A stretch of 64,000 nt of DNA from contig CALJHE010000022.1 in NCBI GenBank assembly GCA_938075675.1, positions 8,135-72,134 of the forward strand, written 5' to 3'. This stretch comes from Candidatus Poseidoniaceae archaeon (GTDB lineage: Archaea; Thermoplasmatota; Poseidoniia; Poseidoniales; Poseidoniaceae). A program made the position numbers and the translations under genes. Of the stretch, positions 62,702-64,000 are shown piece by piece (within the stretch, counting starts at the first letter, position 1; each line of letters begins with the position of its first letter). The notes under the pieces were generated by a model. The model ran no database searches and was not told where the DNA came from. It was given only the letters and a program-made list of their open reading frames with translations.

Positions 62702-64000
62702 GTGGTGAAAATTGCGATTTATGTCGACACTTCCGGTTCGATGAATGAACGAATTAAGGGCGAAATGGACGCTAATTTTGCGAACGTACGTCCATCGATA
62801 TTTCGAAGTTTCATGCGTTCAATCGGTATGTCTGGAAAAGTGAAGAAGAGCCGTGTCGCTCAAGCCATGTGGGAGAATCTGGTTCCAACATTCAAAGACC
62901 GCCAAACCAAGATTTCGACCATCAACAGCCGAGGTCGTTCAAAGGTACTTGCGCCACTCGATTTCCGAAGTCATGATGAATTAATGAACATCCAATTTCC
63001 AAATCCGTACGGTGGGACATACCTCTGGGAATTTTTGGTTCATGAAGCAAAGGAGTTGAGCAAAGACAGCGTTGACTGGCTGTTTTTCCTCATCAGTGAC
63101 GGTATGGACATGAGCTCGTCACCACCGTTCAACGGCATCAACGGTTTTCAACCCTGTATTGAAGCCATCAAAGAAATCGGCATCGATGTTGAATTCCATA
63201 TCATTGGACTCGGCTTACCAAGCGACTCTGTCAATGTCTTCCGCCAAGTGAGCGGTGCGAGCGGCGGTTCATTTGTGAACATCGTTGAAGCGGGCGATGA
63301 TGTTGAGCAGGCCATCGAAGAAGTCGGTGGAGCTGTAGAAGAATCGCTGAATCCGATTGCTCGCATGGCAAGCCGTCAACGGCGCCAGCAAGAATACCTT
63401 GAATCTCGACAAGAAGGGGACCTTGAAATCACAACTGAAGAGCCACCTGCATCACAACCGTACTCCGGTTATACCTACGGTGAAACCGTGATTGAAGACA
63501 CAAATCCAGAGCAACTATCGCAATGGCAAACCGATTTGGTTCGAATCCGTGGAGATGAGAAAATTGAAAACATTCAAGCCTACGAAAATTGGGTTTCGAT
63601 GCGTTCAACCCCGATGTTCTCTGACACCCCAGGTATTCCAGTCGATTCTTGGGCTCTTTCCGCTGATGATGTTTCGATGATTGCCAGTATGAAAATTGAT
63701 AATTTGTTTACTTTCCTCTCGCAAATTCGCCGTTCAGATGTTCCGATTGAGAATCGTCGGATCATTATTCGAGGAGATAACGTACCTGAATCATTGCTTG
63801 ACACGCTTGCGAACTCGGGTGCTCGCGTCGTAATTTATCCTGATGAATTGCCCCCACCGCCGCCACCGGAATTGGGTGATGAGAAGTGGGAGCGCAACGA
63901 GTACGATTTCAACGATAATCCAACACGCGCTTGGGAAATATATCCTCACCTTGGGCGCAGTAAGGCGCGTAGTGCAGTTGTTATCGATCCTCCTCTTTAT
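62702..64000 (+). CDS. von Willebrand factor A domain protein (3' partial, runs off window)
   Basis: not in ORF track (no stop in window); hand translation from GTG 62702 gives IAIYVDTSGSM MIDAS motif and 433 aa without stop; GGAGG 9 nt upstream. Confidence 0.6.
   Translation, partial: MVKIAIYVDTSGSMNERIKGEMDANFANVRPSIFRSFMRSIGMSGKVKKSRVAQAMWENLVPTFKDRQTKISTINSRGRSKVLAPLDFRSHDELMNIQFPNPYGGTYLWEFLVHEAKELSKDSVDWLFFLISDGMDMSSSPPFNGINGFQPCIEAIKEIGIDVEFHIIGLGLPSDSVNVFRQVSGASGGSFVNIVEAGDDVEQAIEEVGGAVEESLNPIARMASRQRRQQEYLESRQEGDLEITTEEPPASQPYSGYTYGETVIEDTNPEQLSQWQTDLVRIRGDEKIENIQAYENWVSMRSTPMFSDTPGIPVDSWALSADDVSMIASMKIDNLFTFLSQIRRSDVPIENRRIIIRGDNVPESLLDTLANSGARVVIYPDELPPPPPPELGDEKWERNEYDFNDNPTRAWEIYPHLGRSKARSAVVIDPPLY

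Noticed and set aside
62700-62702. ATG at 62700 as start of the vWA gene
   Set aside because: It is out of frame (ATG TGG TGA terminates immediately). The in-frame start is GTG 62702, preceded by GGAGG.
1-64000. CRISPR arrays, integrases, transposases, IS elements
   Set aside because: I scanned by eye for regularly spaced direct repeats and for integrase/transposase-like translations. None were found. The only tandem repeats are coding (26437-26532, 29085-29480, 32383-32580).

Overview
This window reads as an archaeal chromosomal segment, roughly 50% GC, densely packed with about 60 protein genes and three tRNAs. The archaeal assignment rests on a set of unmistakable information-processing genes: TFB, topoisomerase VI B and A, RFC small subunit, primase large subunit PriL, FEN-1 with a C-terminal PIP box, RNA polymerase subunit P and Sec61-beta. 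These sit among many bacterial-type metabolic and lipid genes: homodimeric pyruvate dehydrogenase E1 (AceE), ATP-dependent PEP carboxykinase, a PlsC-like acyltransferase, a family-III CoA-transferase, an RsuA-type pseudouridine synthase, a flotillin and a HIT hydrolase. That mosaic, plus the giant adhesin-like surface proteins, is reminiscent of planktonic Thermoplasmatota (Marine Group II-like), but that is inference only. I found no CRISPR array, integrase or transposase. The most unusual loci are: (1) a tandem-duplicated MoaD/ThiS-like small protein beside rpoP; (2) a 1331-aa, roughly 40-TM membrane protein paired with a Tubby/LOR-like gene; (3) a 1696-aa surface protein with a beta-propeller and a vWA domain, lying at the end of a cluster of membrane-anchored proteins and a wHTH regulator; (4) a class-II aldolase fused to an (SGPP)n disordered region; (5) two small AT-rich islets carrying orphan genes; (6) a short Trp-rich N-terminal motif shared by two unrelated proteins; and (7) an RFC small subunit with a large insertion. 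All coordinates and calls are read from the six-frame translations and the nucleotide sequence by eye; no searches were run.
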